Positions 14,431 through 25,235 of a stretch of DNA of 64,000 bases are shown one piece after another. Below the pieces are notes generated by a model that was given only the letters and a program-made list of their open reading frames with translations, was not told the DNA's origin and searched no databases. This DNA is from Lingula anatina. Lineage: Eukaryota; Animalia; Brachiopoda. The position numbers and the translations under genes were made by a program. The stretch's first letter is position 1. Each line of letters opens with the position of its first letter. The stretch lies in the NCBI GenBank assembly GCA_051362555.1, contig CM120649.1, positions 9,176,001-9,240,000 of the forward strand. The letters run 5' to 3'.

Positions 14431-15068
14431 TCACCCACAAGCCGAGTAGCCTAATTCAGTGTGTTAGCGGGCATGACCAATAATAACATTGCTATAGCTG
14501 TGTATAGCGGAAGCCCATAAAGAAAACATCTTAGAAACGACCTTGACCTAGTAACAGACCAAGTCGCACTTAACTTCATCGGAATCGTGACCTTAGGAAA
14601 GTCGATCACAATTACAAGTGTAGTAGTAGGCTAAAAGGTGGGTGATCTCTTGTAAAAAATCAAATGCACAATTAGATTAGCATTAGCACGATTGAACAGG
14701 TTCTACCCCCGTGTTAAACGGATATGTCTTTTTGGGGCTTTTAATTTCTTATGCTGATGCCTTCTGTACACAAAACACAATTATGCCACAAATAAATACA
14801 CGGCCTATAAATTAGCTCTCACGTTGCCAGCATATCGATCCTTCTGTTGAAGAGCTCAAGCTCTATATGAGTGCCTCTAAATAACGGCAATCCGTTTGAT
14901 GCTGAGGCGGTTAAATCCTGATACATCCTGATACATTGTACACTAGTGCATATCTACTGTATTATACATGTGTACTGCATGTATACATGCCGAGAAAGGT
15001 ACCAGTAGGGCCTATACCGATAATTGGGGAAGAGACGGAGACACAGACAAGCAGGTTATTTGTACATG

Positions 15069-15720
15069 TGTAACCCGGATGGTTACTTAATTGTGAGCGG
15101 GTAGCAAACTTGAAAACACCGAAGACATCAATGGTATCTCATGAAGATCTTTATTTGCTGACGGGCTACAATCTGGCACGCAGGCAGGGACAGTCACGAC
15201 GATCTCCCGGGGTCTCTCTCCCACTAACTGAGAAGCCCTCATTTTATAGGGAATCGCTCTAAGTCCTGCGTGTCCAATCACTATCACTAAATGTGTGTAA
15301 TTTATAGGAATAATAAGGGAACTAAAGGTAACATACGTGATTAATAGGAAGTATCAGAAAACTAAATACAGGGACTATATTACATTTCATAGTAGCCCTG
15401 AACACGGATATGTTCTCCGGGTAGGAAGGTTACATAACGCTCGGACCTGGGAATGGCCTCAACTGAAATTTCCCCAGGTGTAGTGACTGTTTTTGGTGGA
15501 AGAGATCAAAAGAGCGAAATGACTATAATGAGGCCAAAGTATTTCTACAATTTTAGAGTCGGCACCGGGTTTCCATTTTCTGTCATCTGGAAGGGGTGTA
15601 TCTTCAATTACTTAAATAAATTACTCTACTGAGATATTTGTTTCTAATTTTGGTTTCTCTTCCGTGATTGAAAATGTGATTTAAAGGCAGAGACAAATTG
15701 TATAACACTACCGTGTTATA
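15069..15720 (-). mobile_element. Solo LTR (652 bp) of the Gypsy family at 23268-31265
   Basis: Reverse complement matches the 23268-23919 LTR with 6 substitutions counted by eye. 4-bp TSD CATG at 15065-15068 and 15721-15724. No internal sequence. Confidence 0.96.
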
Positions 15721-16802
15721 CATGTACCGCCTGTGGTACTCATCTAGACGTTTAAGATACTTCTTAAGGATTGAAAAAAATTGATTAATTAAGGCTGACA
15801 TTCTTTAAAGATAAAGCCGTCTTAAAATTTTCTAATATCCCGGGGCTGGGGATAGCACTCATGTGCGAAGTTATGTGCCGCTATATTTCCTTGTTTGCGG
15901 GTAGAGTTCTCTTTAATTTTTCTTTGGGTATATAAAGACCTGGCAAACCTACCAGAGGGTCTGAAAGCCGATGGGTGACTTTACACAAGCTTTGCTCACT
16001 TTGGTTTCGTTTTTCCAGCAGGTTCCTGAGATTATCATAGAACCATCATCAGTTGGGAATCAATCGTGCGATCTCTCTCTCTCTTCGACTGTCTCTTCTT
16101 GCCTTAATTGTTTTCTATAAGTTACGCAATAGCTTCAGTTTTGCCATAAAACCAACAAGTGTTGGCCCAGGAAGTTATAAAGAGATCTTTATAACTTCTT
16201 GGTTTGCCGAACATCGAATTGTAAGCTGACTGATGAATTACTATATAGCACTTGCCGTAAGCAAACATCGAGTCCAGGAGTAGCTACATTTGTTGTAAGG
16301 TCATAATGATGTAAAGTAAAATGCGATAAAGACTGTAACTGTGCTTCTGTGCAGCAAATTCCTGTATACCTCTTTGTATGTATTACCAGTGCTCTGATTT
16401 AACTAAATTGTTGATAGAAAATAGCAGCATGCTTTTATTGCACCTGCTTATTGAACCTTACTTAGTTACATGTAAAACGATGGGCAGATAGGCTATGTAT
16501 TATGTCAAAGTTGGTGCACTCACATTATGCCTATTATTTAGATAGCGTTTCTAATATAGTATCTTAACAATAGAAAGGCTGTGGAAGGTGCGTCGAATAG
16601 GCGATAAAGAATGGGATAAGAATTCAATTGGTATTGATATGTATTGATATGTGCCAATGCGTTAAACTGTGAGTGGTAATGCTATTGGCCGCAAATGACC
16701 ATTGGATCTCAGTGACCTGTCCGTAATAATATTCAAAACCTCATAGATCGTTGAAGCATTTGTTGTTTTTAGGTATACTGTTTTGATGTGCGTTTTGTTT
16801 GT

Positions 16803-16833
<31 letters not shown>

Positions 16834-17117
16834 GAGGGGGGTTGAAGTGGCAAAAGGGAGATTTAAAAAAATCATCACAGCATAGCGTCGGAGCAATTTA
16901 TAAAACATCATCCCCGGAGATAATTTTGCACAAACAGAACGGTCACTGCACAACTGAGACCAAAAGACTTTGACGTCTAGTTTGCTGGTCATCGTAGATA
17001 ACTGATCCAACAACTTCGATATTCTTATTTTATTTCATCCTTAAATTTGTTGCAGAAGAATGTTAATTTTATTACCTGTTTCCTATTCCAGATTGACGAC
17101 GTCCCCTCATCAACAGT

Positions 17118-18876
17118 ATGTCGGAGCAGCAGCGTACGGTGAGTAACGAGGCACCAGCAGCCGCTGAACACAGCACAGTATTGTTATTTCTTTGCGTCAA
17201 TTCAGTAAAATATGAAAGTTTTTCTTTAACAGAAAGCGTTTTTTTTTTAGATATAATACCTTCAAATGATCAAGATACACGTACAATGTTTCACGTCAGG
17301 TTGCATGATCTGTTTAACAAGATTATTGGTTGGGTTTTAATATGTATATAGACCGTGCAGAGACTTTAAAATATGATGTATGGTTTTTTGATAATTTGGG
17401 TGCTGATTAATCCTCTTCAACTCTCCTTTCTCACCTGGAAAGGTTTCATTCCAGGACGAGGCTCCACAGTTGGGCGTCTATCTCATCATACGGTATGAGT
17501 CGTCATTATATCAGAGGTTCCTCAACGATATCATAGCCGGCAGATCTGTGCTCGAGAACTACGGAGGGCGACTGACCTGTGTCGCGAGTGAGGTAAATAT
17601 TGCCATCAAGAATAATCTATCGGTATTGGTAGTTTGAATAGCAGTCTGGCAGTGCAATGAATGCGATGTTTTAGTATCTATGGCCTCTGTTTCAAACACA
17701 CACATACAAAACGAAAAAAAAAACTTAAGTAAATTTCCCTGCCTAAGAACTTGGTTACCAACGTTACGTGATCACATGCACACATCTTTCCCTATCAGGA
17801 ACAGTATTACAGCAGTCAAAAGGAAATCCTAGTAAACTAAGCCAGGGAACTGACTTCATTTATTTATTTATTTTATTTTATTTATTTATTTTTCTTTGTG
17901 AAACCAGGGCCTGGTATCTGAAACCCGGCTCGCATTGTTTGTTTAATACTGTGTGATTAATTACTGAGGTATTTACAGCAAAACGGTGGTGGATGTTTCG
18001 AGCCTGTCTGGCCGCGTAATGATTGGTGCTTTGCATTTGTGTTTAAGTTATGACTCTTCATGACTCCTACACTGGAATTTTAACAGAAATTACAAAAAGC
18101 ACTCAGAGAGTGCAGACTCCCGCTAAGGCCACTCAGTTTTTCTTGTCATTGATTATTTATTTTAAATGAACTAATTTATTAGCTAAACTCTCATTATTGG
18201 TATGAAAAAATCTACATAATTAAAAAGTAAGCAAAAATTACCAAACTCGCCCTATCTCCCAATGGTGAAAAATCCTTTAAAAATCCCTGAGTCCAGATGG
18301 TTATTCGGATCATCTCTAAAATATGATCATTTTAAATTATCTCATTTCTGACTTGTCATGAAATTTTTCATCAAATTCCATCCATTTTTTTAATAAGGCT
18401 GGTAACGAACAGTCAAACAGGCAAACCCTAAGACAAATACAGTATAACCTCTTTTTCGGAGGTATGGTTTTTCTGTGTCCCGTAATCTCTGACTTCAGAG
18501 TGCCGTCATAGAAGTGTTATACTATTATGTATGTATATATATATGTTTTGGTAACAGGTTGATTTGAGAGAATATTTCAGAGCAGTGTTTTAGCATTTCC
18601 AAACCTTTGATAGTCTGCTATCATTTCTGTTTTAGGTAGAGCTGGTTGAGAATTTCTGGCCCGGTCAGAAACTGCCGGCCATGTTGTGGTTCCCAGCAGA
18701 GGACTTGGCAGAACGCTGGCTGGCCAGTGACAAAGTGATCAAGCAGCCTGACTGGCTCAATGGTGTGGATATCATCATGGTGCCCGCCACCAGGAGAGCC
18801 GCCAGCGGTGGGTCTATTCTCTTTTTATTGTACTTTGTTTTATTACCTCCGCCAAGGAGGTTATGTTTTCACCCGT

Positions 18877-18909
<33 letters not shown>

Positions 18910-20299
18910 ATCAACATAACTCAAAAAGTTATAGATGAATTTCGATGGAATTTTCAGGGTAGGTCAGAAATGGGTTAACTTAGAAATGATTAGTTTTTGG
19001 TGGTGATCTGGATCAATAATCAATCAATAATCAAAAATCATAAAACTAAGTTATGGACCGATCTTGATGAAATTTTCGGGAACTGTAAGAAGTGGTCCAA
19101 GGAACAGATGATTAGTTTTTGGTGGTGATCCGGATCAATAATCAATCAATGATCAATAATCAAAAATAAAAAACTAAATCATTATAGAATGAAAATTTAG
19201 GGATGAAACGGCATTGGATGGAGACTTTGCTGCCTTGGCGGAGGTCTGCGCTCTCTGACTGCTTTTCTAGTTCTGGATTTATTTTCTCTGGTCGGTGACT
19301 AAATCGTCATTGGTATGGTATTGGTGCTTTATTGTTGCTATATATATATAAATAAGTAAAAAGAAACCTTACATTTGCATCAACTGATACCTTTCATAGA
19401 TGGAACTTGTGATCCATACATTCATTTTCATTTATTGATCAATAATTAATAAGATAAGCCGCGTGTTTTATAACCATGCCTATTAACCATTGCAGATAAG
19501 AATGTTTTCTCCTTCATGGACGTCCAAGTCCGCGACGGCAAGTCATTTAAAGAGTATGTGGAGGGGTCTCTCCCCGGGGCGGAGAAGGCGAACTGCACCC
19601 CTGCTATCGCTCTGTCGCCGGAGCCGGCCAAATTGCGAGGCCCGTGGAATCCGGGGCTGGTAGTGATAAACCAGTGGAACAGCAAGGACCAGTTTTACCA
19701 GTGGTTTGAATCAGGTCAGTTTGCAAATAAAAAATGTACTTTTTTGCTTTTCCGTATTTTTGTGTGATAGACGCGTAAGGCAAACACTCGGGTCAGTTAG
19801 GTGTATGGAATTGTGCACCTGGATATTCTTTTTGAAGTTTTTTTTAAAGAACCTTTTAAAGTTATAACATTTTCATTTAAAATAAGATGGGGTCTGTTTT
19901 TAAGATTTGATTTAATAAAAAATGTTTTAACTTTAAATGATTCTTTAAAAAAACTTCATTTTGAAATTAGTTGAAAATTGTTGGAGAAAATAGCAGATAA
20001 AATTGCGTTGTCAAAATAATCGAAGATGTTGAAACCTTTTGTCCTATGTCATATTACAACATATGACGCATTGCCTTCTTTTTTTACTGTTGTTAGATAT
20101 TTGCTAGATCTATGTCATATAACCAATGATTTGTAAGATCTATCTCATATGACCCCGTTTTGTTAGATCCATGTCATACAACCCTGTTTTATTTGTTTTT
20201 CGGTTAGCTGAGTACCAGCCGTGGAAAGAGAAACGCCATAGCTGTTCTGAGAGCAATTTCGTCGTATTTGAGGGGACGCCCACCTCTCCTCGGAAGTAA
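17118..20299 (+). CDS. Tandem DUF1330-like (dimeric alpha/beta barrel) domain protein, copy 1; 5 coding exons, 213 aa
   Basis: Exons 17118-17138, 17455-17592, 18636-18807, 19496-19714, 20208-20299. All GT-AG with compatible phases, 642 nt. DUF1330-like motifs YGGRLT, MDVQVRDGKSFKEY, VVINQWNSKDQFYQWFES-AEYQPWKEKR. Domain name from motif recognition only. Confidence 0.8.
18094..18464 (-). mobile_element. Degenerate HINE/DINE-like non-autonomous Helentron element
   Basis: Both ends are reverse-complement matches to the ends of the 18843-19272 element (aaagcactcagagagtgcagactcccgctaaggc ... ataacctctttttcggaggta). Confidence 0.65.
18843..19272 (+). mobile_element. HINE/DINE-like non-autonomous Helentron element
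   Basis: Subterminal IR ACCTCCGCCAAGG / CCTTGGCGGAGGT, (CTGT)n microsatellite near the 5' end, internal tandem duplication, 3' stem-loop then TTTTCTAGTT, T-rich flanks. Confidence 0.8.
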
Positions 20300-22188
20300 G
20301 CCTGAAGAAGTGTGCCTTTCATTCCACACCCGGTTTAAAGATACAATATGATAAATTGAGTAGTTTTTTATACCTGGTATTTAGGAAATGAGTCTTACCA
20401 TATTCTAAAGTATCACACGGAAGCAAACGGGACTATAAGAATGACTTAGTTGACAAATTTAGGACAGCTCCAACCGAAGGGAAATAATATACACTTTAAA
20501 TTTCAAAAATCAATATGGCATATCTGAAATAGCGTAACTGGAATAGCAGCTTTGAGCGAATATCTATTTGAATTAAACATCGCTCATAAATTGTGATGTT
20601 TGGATTATCAGATTAATCCGTCCATCGGCCTTCAAAATGGAAAAAAAAATGCGAAACCTAAAACCCACCGGTATATATTTTTTCTAGACTTTACTTCGGA
20701 TCAGTTCTAGTTAGGTCTAAATTTCTGATTATGTAGGAGACAACTTGTGCTGATGTGAAATAGTCGGCTAACAGAGTGGTAGTATTGTACCCCCACTGCA
20801 CTCAGTGCAAGATTGTGACAACATATGGTTTCATCTCGTTTACCGCTTCACTTTCGAATCTCTCTCACATCTCCGTCGTGTCGTTCCTCAACTCAGCCAC
20901 TGCACTAGACTTCCAACGCATCTGATTGAAATGACAGCATTGTAAAGATATTACAACATTGCGTTTTACACAAAATATGGTATACGTTTTTTCGCTTTTG
21001 ATTCAAAGGTTGAAATTGTAACTTAATTATAGATTCATTCTGAGTACCAACCGTAAAGCCCTAATGAAATAATGTGTGTATATCATGAAATCAATTTCAA
21101 GACCAGTAGATGAGTTTATCCCTCCAAATAAAACTCTTATTGTTGTTTGTCTGTTATTGTCCATGTAGAAAGATGTTATAAACATTTGATGTAATCTTAT
21201 ATTATGGTTGTAATGTCAAGGTTGACAATTAATGCATGCATGTGTTCACAATAGTTTGTTGAATGTGCACTCATACAATGTATTTTCTGGCTCATGCTCT
21301 TCCTTTCATGCTCTACTTTGATATGACAATAAATAATTTTGATATATAAATGGGCTGGTCAATGTGTTCATTCATTCATAAAACAACATTAAAAGGTTTT
21401 AAAAAAGACATCGGTTATCATATTCTGAAAAGATATTATCCAACTTGACCTTTGATTTTCGTCCCTGAGTTAATATAACCGACAATAGCTATTTTCAGAA
21501 GTGTTTCAGAATATCGCAAGAACGTTACCTATGCGGTGACAAAGCAAAACAAAAACATTTGCTTAAATGTAAACAATGACGCCTGCAGGAGTTTTTTTTA
21601 TACAGTATATACCATAAATTTGTCATCGCTTACTCTATAAAAACTTGGACCTAAATATAAAAATAATGAATATTGGAATAATTAATAAATAAGAAATAAA
21701 ATGAATAAATAAATGAATTTTTATTTCGTATTTAAAAAAAGAACTAACTAGATTAAGACGGAGGAGTCACTTCCAATATTGCTGTACATGAATCAGTACT
21801 TGGTGAGTGGAGAAATACGGTTGTGACATGCTGAAGCAGCTTCAGTAATTTCATAAACCACAGAGTATTACAGTAGAGTGGTAACGAATTAATGCTCCTA
21901 GAACTGGGTCTGTGAGTGCTATGATGATCAGAATAAATTGCTTTTGTGGGGCTCTGTAATCGATTTCCCATTCGTGTGACGTGCTGTGAAGATAGTGCCT
22001 ATATAAGTTCTATTGCATCTGCCTGGAGGTCGAGTAGAGGCGGTCTATGTATTGAGAGATACAAGAACATGGTACGATAGAGATAACCGCATATTTGATC
22101 CACGTACATCGAACTAGTTATAAGGTTCAACTGATCCATCACGTATACTGTTAGATAATGGCAGCGGTAAGTGGTGGTAGCTAGTTTT

Positions 22189-22189
<1 letters not shown>

Positions 22190-22224
<35 letters not shown>
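22190..22224. repeat. (CA)n microsatellite
   Basis: Seen directly. Confidence 0.95.
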
Positions 22225-22226
<2 letters not shown>

Positions 22227-23267
22227 TACATTACTATTTAGTACGGTCATTTCCGCTCTTGAATGTATATCAACCATGTAAAAGCTTAGTGCTTCCTTTT
22301 ATCGTAACTATTGATTTTTTAACCTAACAGTAGGCTTTGGTTATTTAACTACATACATGAAGTTTCTCGCGATGATTACTGGGGTAAAACGGATGGTAAA
22401 ATTATGCTATTTAAGTGTTAGATGCTGCTGTTTCACCTTGCTGACATCGTCCGCTCTGTGTGTATAGTCCTTGCAGTCCTTGTATGGAGTCCCACGCTCT
22501 CGTGTCGTGGGTCAAAACAGCAAATAACAATCTCCCCAAGACGGGGAGTAGTACCACAAATCAGTGTCGGGATTCGATCCTTACCTAGGGAATTATAGCA
22601 ATAGAATATAGAAACAGACTGTAGCATTAATATTAACATATTCGTTTTGCGCAACATATTCGTTTTGCGCGGAAAGCAAGTGCATATTTTACTGGTCGTG
22701 AGAAAATAATGGAAACTCATCAAACTAAAAAATAAAAAAACATTATGTTAAGGCTAGATCTCATCTTTGCCAAACTTCACACTTCCGCCCTCTCCCCTGT
22801 CCTTCCACTGCGTACATGGACATACTCAGACATAAAGGTCCATAAATTAGGACAGACGAATAAGGCTTATATTGTTTGTTCACCCCTGAAACATTTCCCG
22901 GGTCGCTTGAATATATCAGTGGTTGTCTAAATTGCTTATCTGATTTCAGATTGGTATGTTGTTAACGTACATGATTGTTTTACTAATACATCTCCTTTGC
23001 TTATCTTACTAGGTCGTGCATTAAATGACATTTTATAATGTTTACATTATATACTTTGAAATGGAATATCTTATCGGACACTGGCCAAAAAACTCTATAC
23101 AATACAAACTGCAAGGCGTTGTTATTATATGAAATGTAGTGTTTACAACTTTGAAGTCATTGAATTGGGGTTTGAAAAATCGAAATCGTGGATAATGGCT
23201 GGAAATGATTAATTAATATGTTTACGTCATTTACACAACGCTTTCGGGTAGAGTTTTGGGATGTATG

Positions 23268-23919
23268 TATAACACGGTAGTGTTATACAATTTGTCTCTG
23301 CCTTTAAATCACATTTTCAATCACGGAAGAGAAACCAAAATTAGAAACAAATATCTCAGTAGAGTAATTTATTTAAGTAATTGAAGATACACCCCTTTCA
23401 GATGACAGAAAATGGAAACCCGGTGCCGACTCTAAAATTGTAGAAATACTTTGGCCTCATTATAGTCATTTCGCTCTTTTGATCTCTTCCACCAAAAACA
23501 GTCACTACACCTGGGGAAATTTCAGTTGAGGCCATTCCCAGGTCCGAGCGTTATGTAACCTTCCTACCCGGAGAACATATCCGTGTTCAGGGCTACTATG
23601 AAATGTAATATAGTCCCTGTATTTAGTTTTCTGATACTTCCTATTAATCACGTATGTTACCTTTAGTTCCCTTATTATTCCTATAAATTACACACATTTA
23701 GTGATAGTGATTGGACACGCAGGACTTAGAGCGATTCCCTATAAAATGAGGGCTTCTCAGTTAGTGGGAAAGAGACCCCGGGAGATCGTCGTGACTGTCC
23801 CTGCCTGCGTGCCAGATTGTAGCCCGTCAGCAAATAAAGATCTTCATGAGCTACCATTGATGTCTTCGGTGTTTTCAAGTTTGCTACCCGCTCAGGATTA
23901 AGTAACCAGCCGGGTTACA
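23268..23919 (+). repeat. 5' LTR
   Basis: TATAAC...GTTACA. Contains ATTGG (CCAAT box) near 23710, TATAAAA near 23740 and AATAAA near 23833. Confidence 0.96.
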
Positions 23920-23922
23920 AGG

Positions 23923-23932
23923 TGGTGGAGAA
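23923..23932 (+). promoter_or_regulatory. Primer binding site, probably tRNA-Ala
   Basis: TGGTGGAGAA begins 3 nt after the LTR and is complementary to a ...UUCUCCACCA tRNA 3' end, as in tRNA-Ala. Confidence 0.75.
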
Positions 23933-23980
23933 CACGGTTGATTCCTTCTCCCGCAGCTGAGCCAACAGCAACGTCCCCGC

Positions 23981-24280
23981 ATGTTTTCCAGGCCAGAAAA
24001 CTATTGGTCGACGCCGTTAGCAAATACCAGGCACAAAAAGGCAGGTGAGTCACGTACGTCGATTCCCGTTAAAGAGCCAACGTCTCCTCCGTCGGCACAC
24101 ACCTCACCGACTTCTTCCCGCTCCGCTTCACCAGCATTATCGCAACTCAACGATATCACCGACCCCACTGTTATTCAGCCTTTAGAGAGCAGCGTTTCCG
24201 ACACTGAGAGCTCCACGCCCGCAGATTCTGCCAGAAATTCACCAATTCCCCCCACGTCCCCCACCGCCTGCCCACGCTGA
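23981..24280 (+). CDS. Leader ORF (99 aa, Pro/Ser-rich); first 64 nt probably form the first exon of a spliced env message
   Basis: ATG 23981; consensus donor CAG|GTGAGT at 24044/24045; ends TGA TAA T ATG next to the gag start. Confidence 0.5.
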   Translation: MFSRPENYWSTPLANTRHKKAGESRTSIPVKEPTSPPSAHTSPTSSRSASPALSQLNDITDPTVIQPLESSVSDTESSTPADSARNSPIPPTSPTACPR

Positions 24281-24284
24281 TAAT

Positions 24285-25235
24285 ATGACGGCCGATTCGC
24301 ACTTGATGCCTGAGAAATTCACAGGTTCAACGCACGAAGATTACAATCGTTGGCTAGCCCATTTTAAAAATTACGCAGCATACAGAGGGTTGTCAGACGA
24401 ACAACAACGTTCGGCCTTCCCTCTACTGTTGCGTGGGGCCGCCCTTGATTGGTATGATACATTACCAGAAGAGCACCGCCGTGACATGACAACAATTGAA
24501 TTGGCCTTCACCCGTCGCTTTCGGCCAACTGAAAGCGCAAAATGGGTGGCAGTGTCCAATCTTTTCCACAAAACTCAATCTCCGTCCCAACCAGTCCAGG
24601 ACTATATTGCAGAAATGCGACGAGAGGCGGCTAGAGTTCAACTGCCAGAAGAACAAGCAATTCAAGCCATTTTACACGGTCTGCTACCTGAAGTACGACC
24701 GTTTGTAGCGCAACATGAGCCCCATACCTTCGAAGAACTCATCGCACGCGCACGCCAGGCGGAAACAGCCATTCAACCTTCATCGTCGCCATCTGCCACG
24801 TTAACGGCCCTAAGCACGCAATTGTCCGAAATCAAGGAAAAGATTTCACAACTGTCAACTTCTCCCCCGACACCGGCCACAGTAAATCCTGTGCAGCCTA
24901 CGGCGACATATCCCCAGAACCCCAATTTTCAGCGCCAACCCCCCTCTACTCATTTTCAGAATGCGTACCCTGAGTACATTCCACACGGGCAATTCCAGCA
25001 ACCACGCCGCTCTCACAATGGACCTCCACCCCCTCGATTCCAGGGACGTGCTGGAGCCAGACAGCTGAATCGCAGAGGAAACAGACAATTTGCCATGAAT
25101 CAAGAGACACCAAGCTGTAACGGCTGTGGTATGTCGCATTTACGTAAATTTTGCCCCGCTTCTCATTTAACGTGTAGAAATTGCGGTAGAATTGGTCATT
25201 TAGCTAGGGTCTGCCGTTCTGGTAGGCGCCAATGA
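24285..25235 (+). CDS. gag: Gag (316 aa)
   Basis: Retrotransposon capsid-like PEKFTG...W...F, LLRGAALDWY. Two C-terminal zinc knuckles (CNGCGMSHLRKFC and CRNCGRIGHLARVC). Confidence 0.93.
   Translation: MTADSHLMPEKFTGSTHEDYNRWLAHFKNYAAYRGLSDEQQRSAFPLLLRGAALDWYDTLPEEHRRDMTTIELAFTRRFRPTESAKWVAVSNLFHKTQSPSQPVQDYIAEMRREAARVQLPEEQAIQAILHGLLPEVRPFVAQHEPHTFEELIARARQAETAIQPSSSPSATLTALSTQLSEIKEKISQLSTSPPTPATVNPVQPTATYPQNPNFQRQPPSTHFQNAYPEYIPHGQFQQPRRSHNGPPPPRFQGRAGARQLNRRGNRQFAMNQETPSCNGCGMSHLRKFCPASHLTCRNCGRIGHLARVCRSGRRQ

Noticed and set aside
23266-23267. Canonical TG start for the Gypsy LTR
   Set aside because: The TG belongs to the TSD; the 3' LTR has CA at these positions.
23701-23901. 66-aa ORF present three times (15087, 23701, 31047)
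   Set aside because: Lies inside the LTR, starts at GTG and has no recognisable domain; the repetition just reflects LTR copies.
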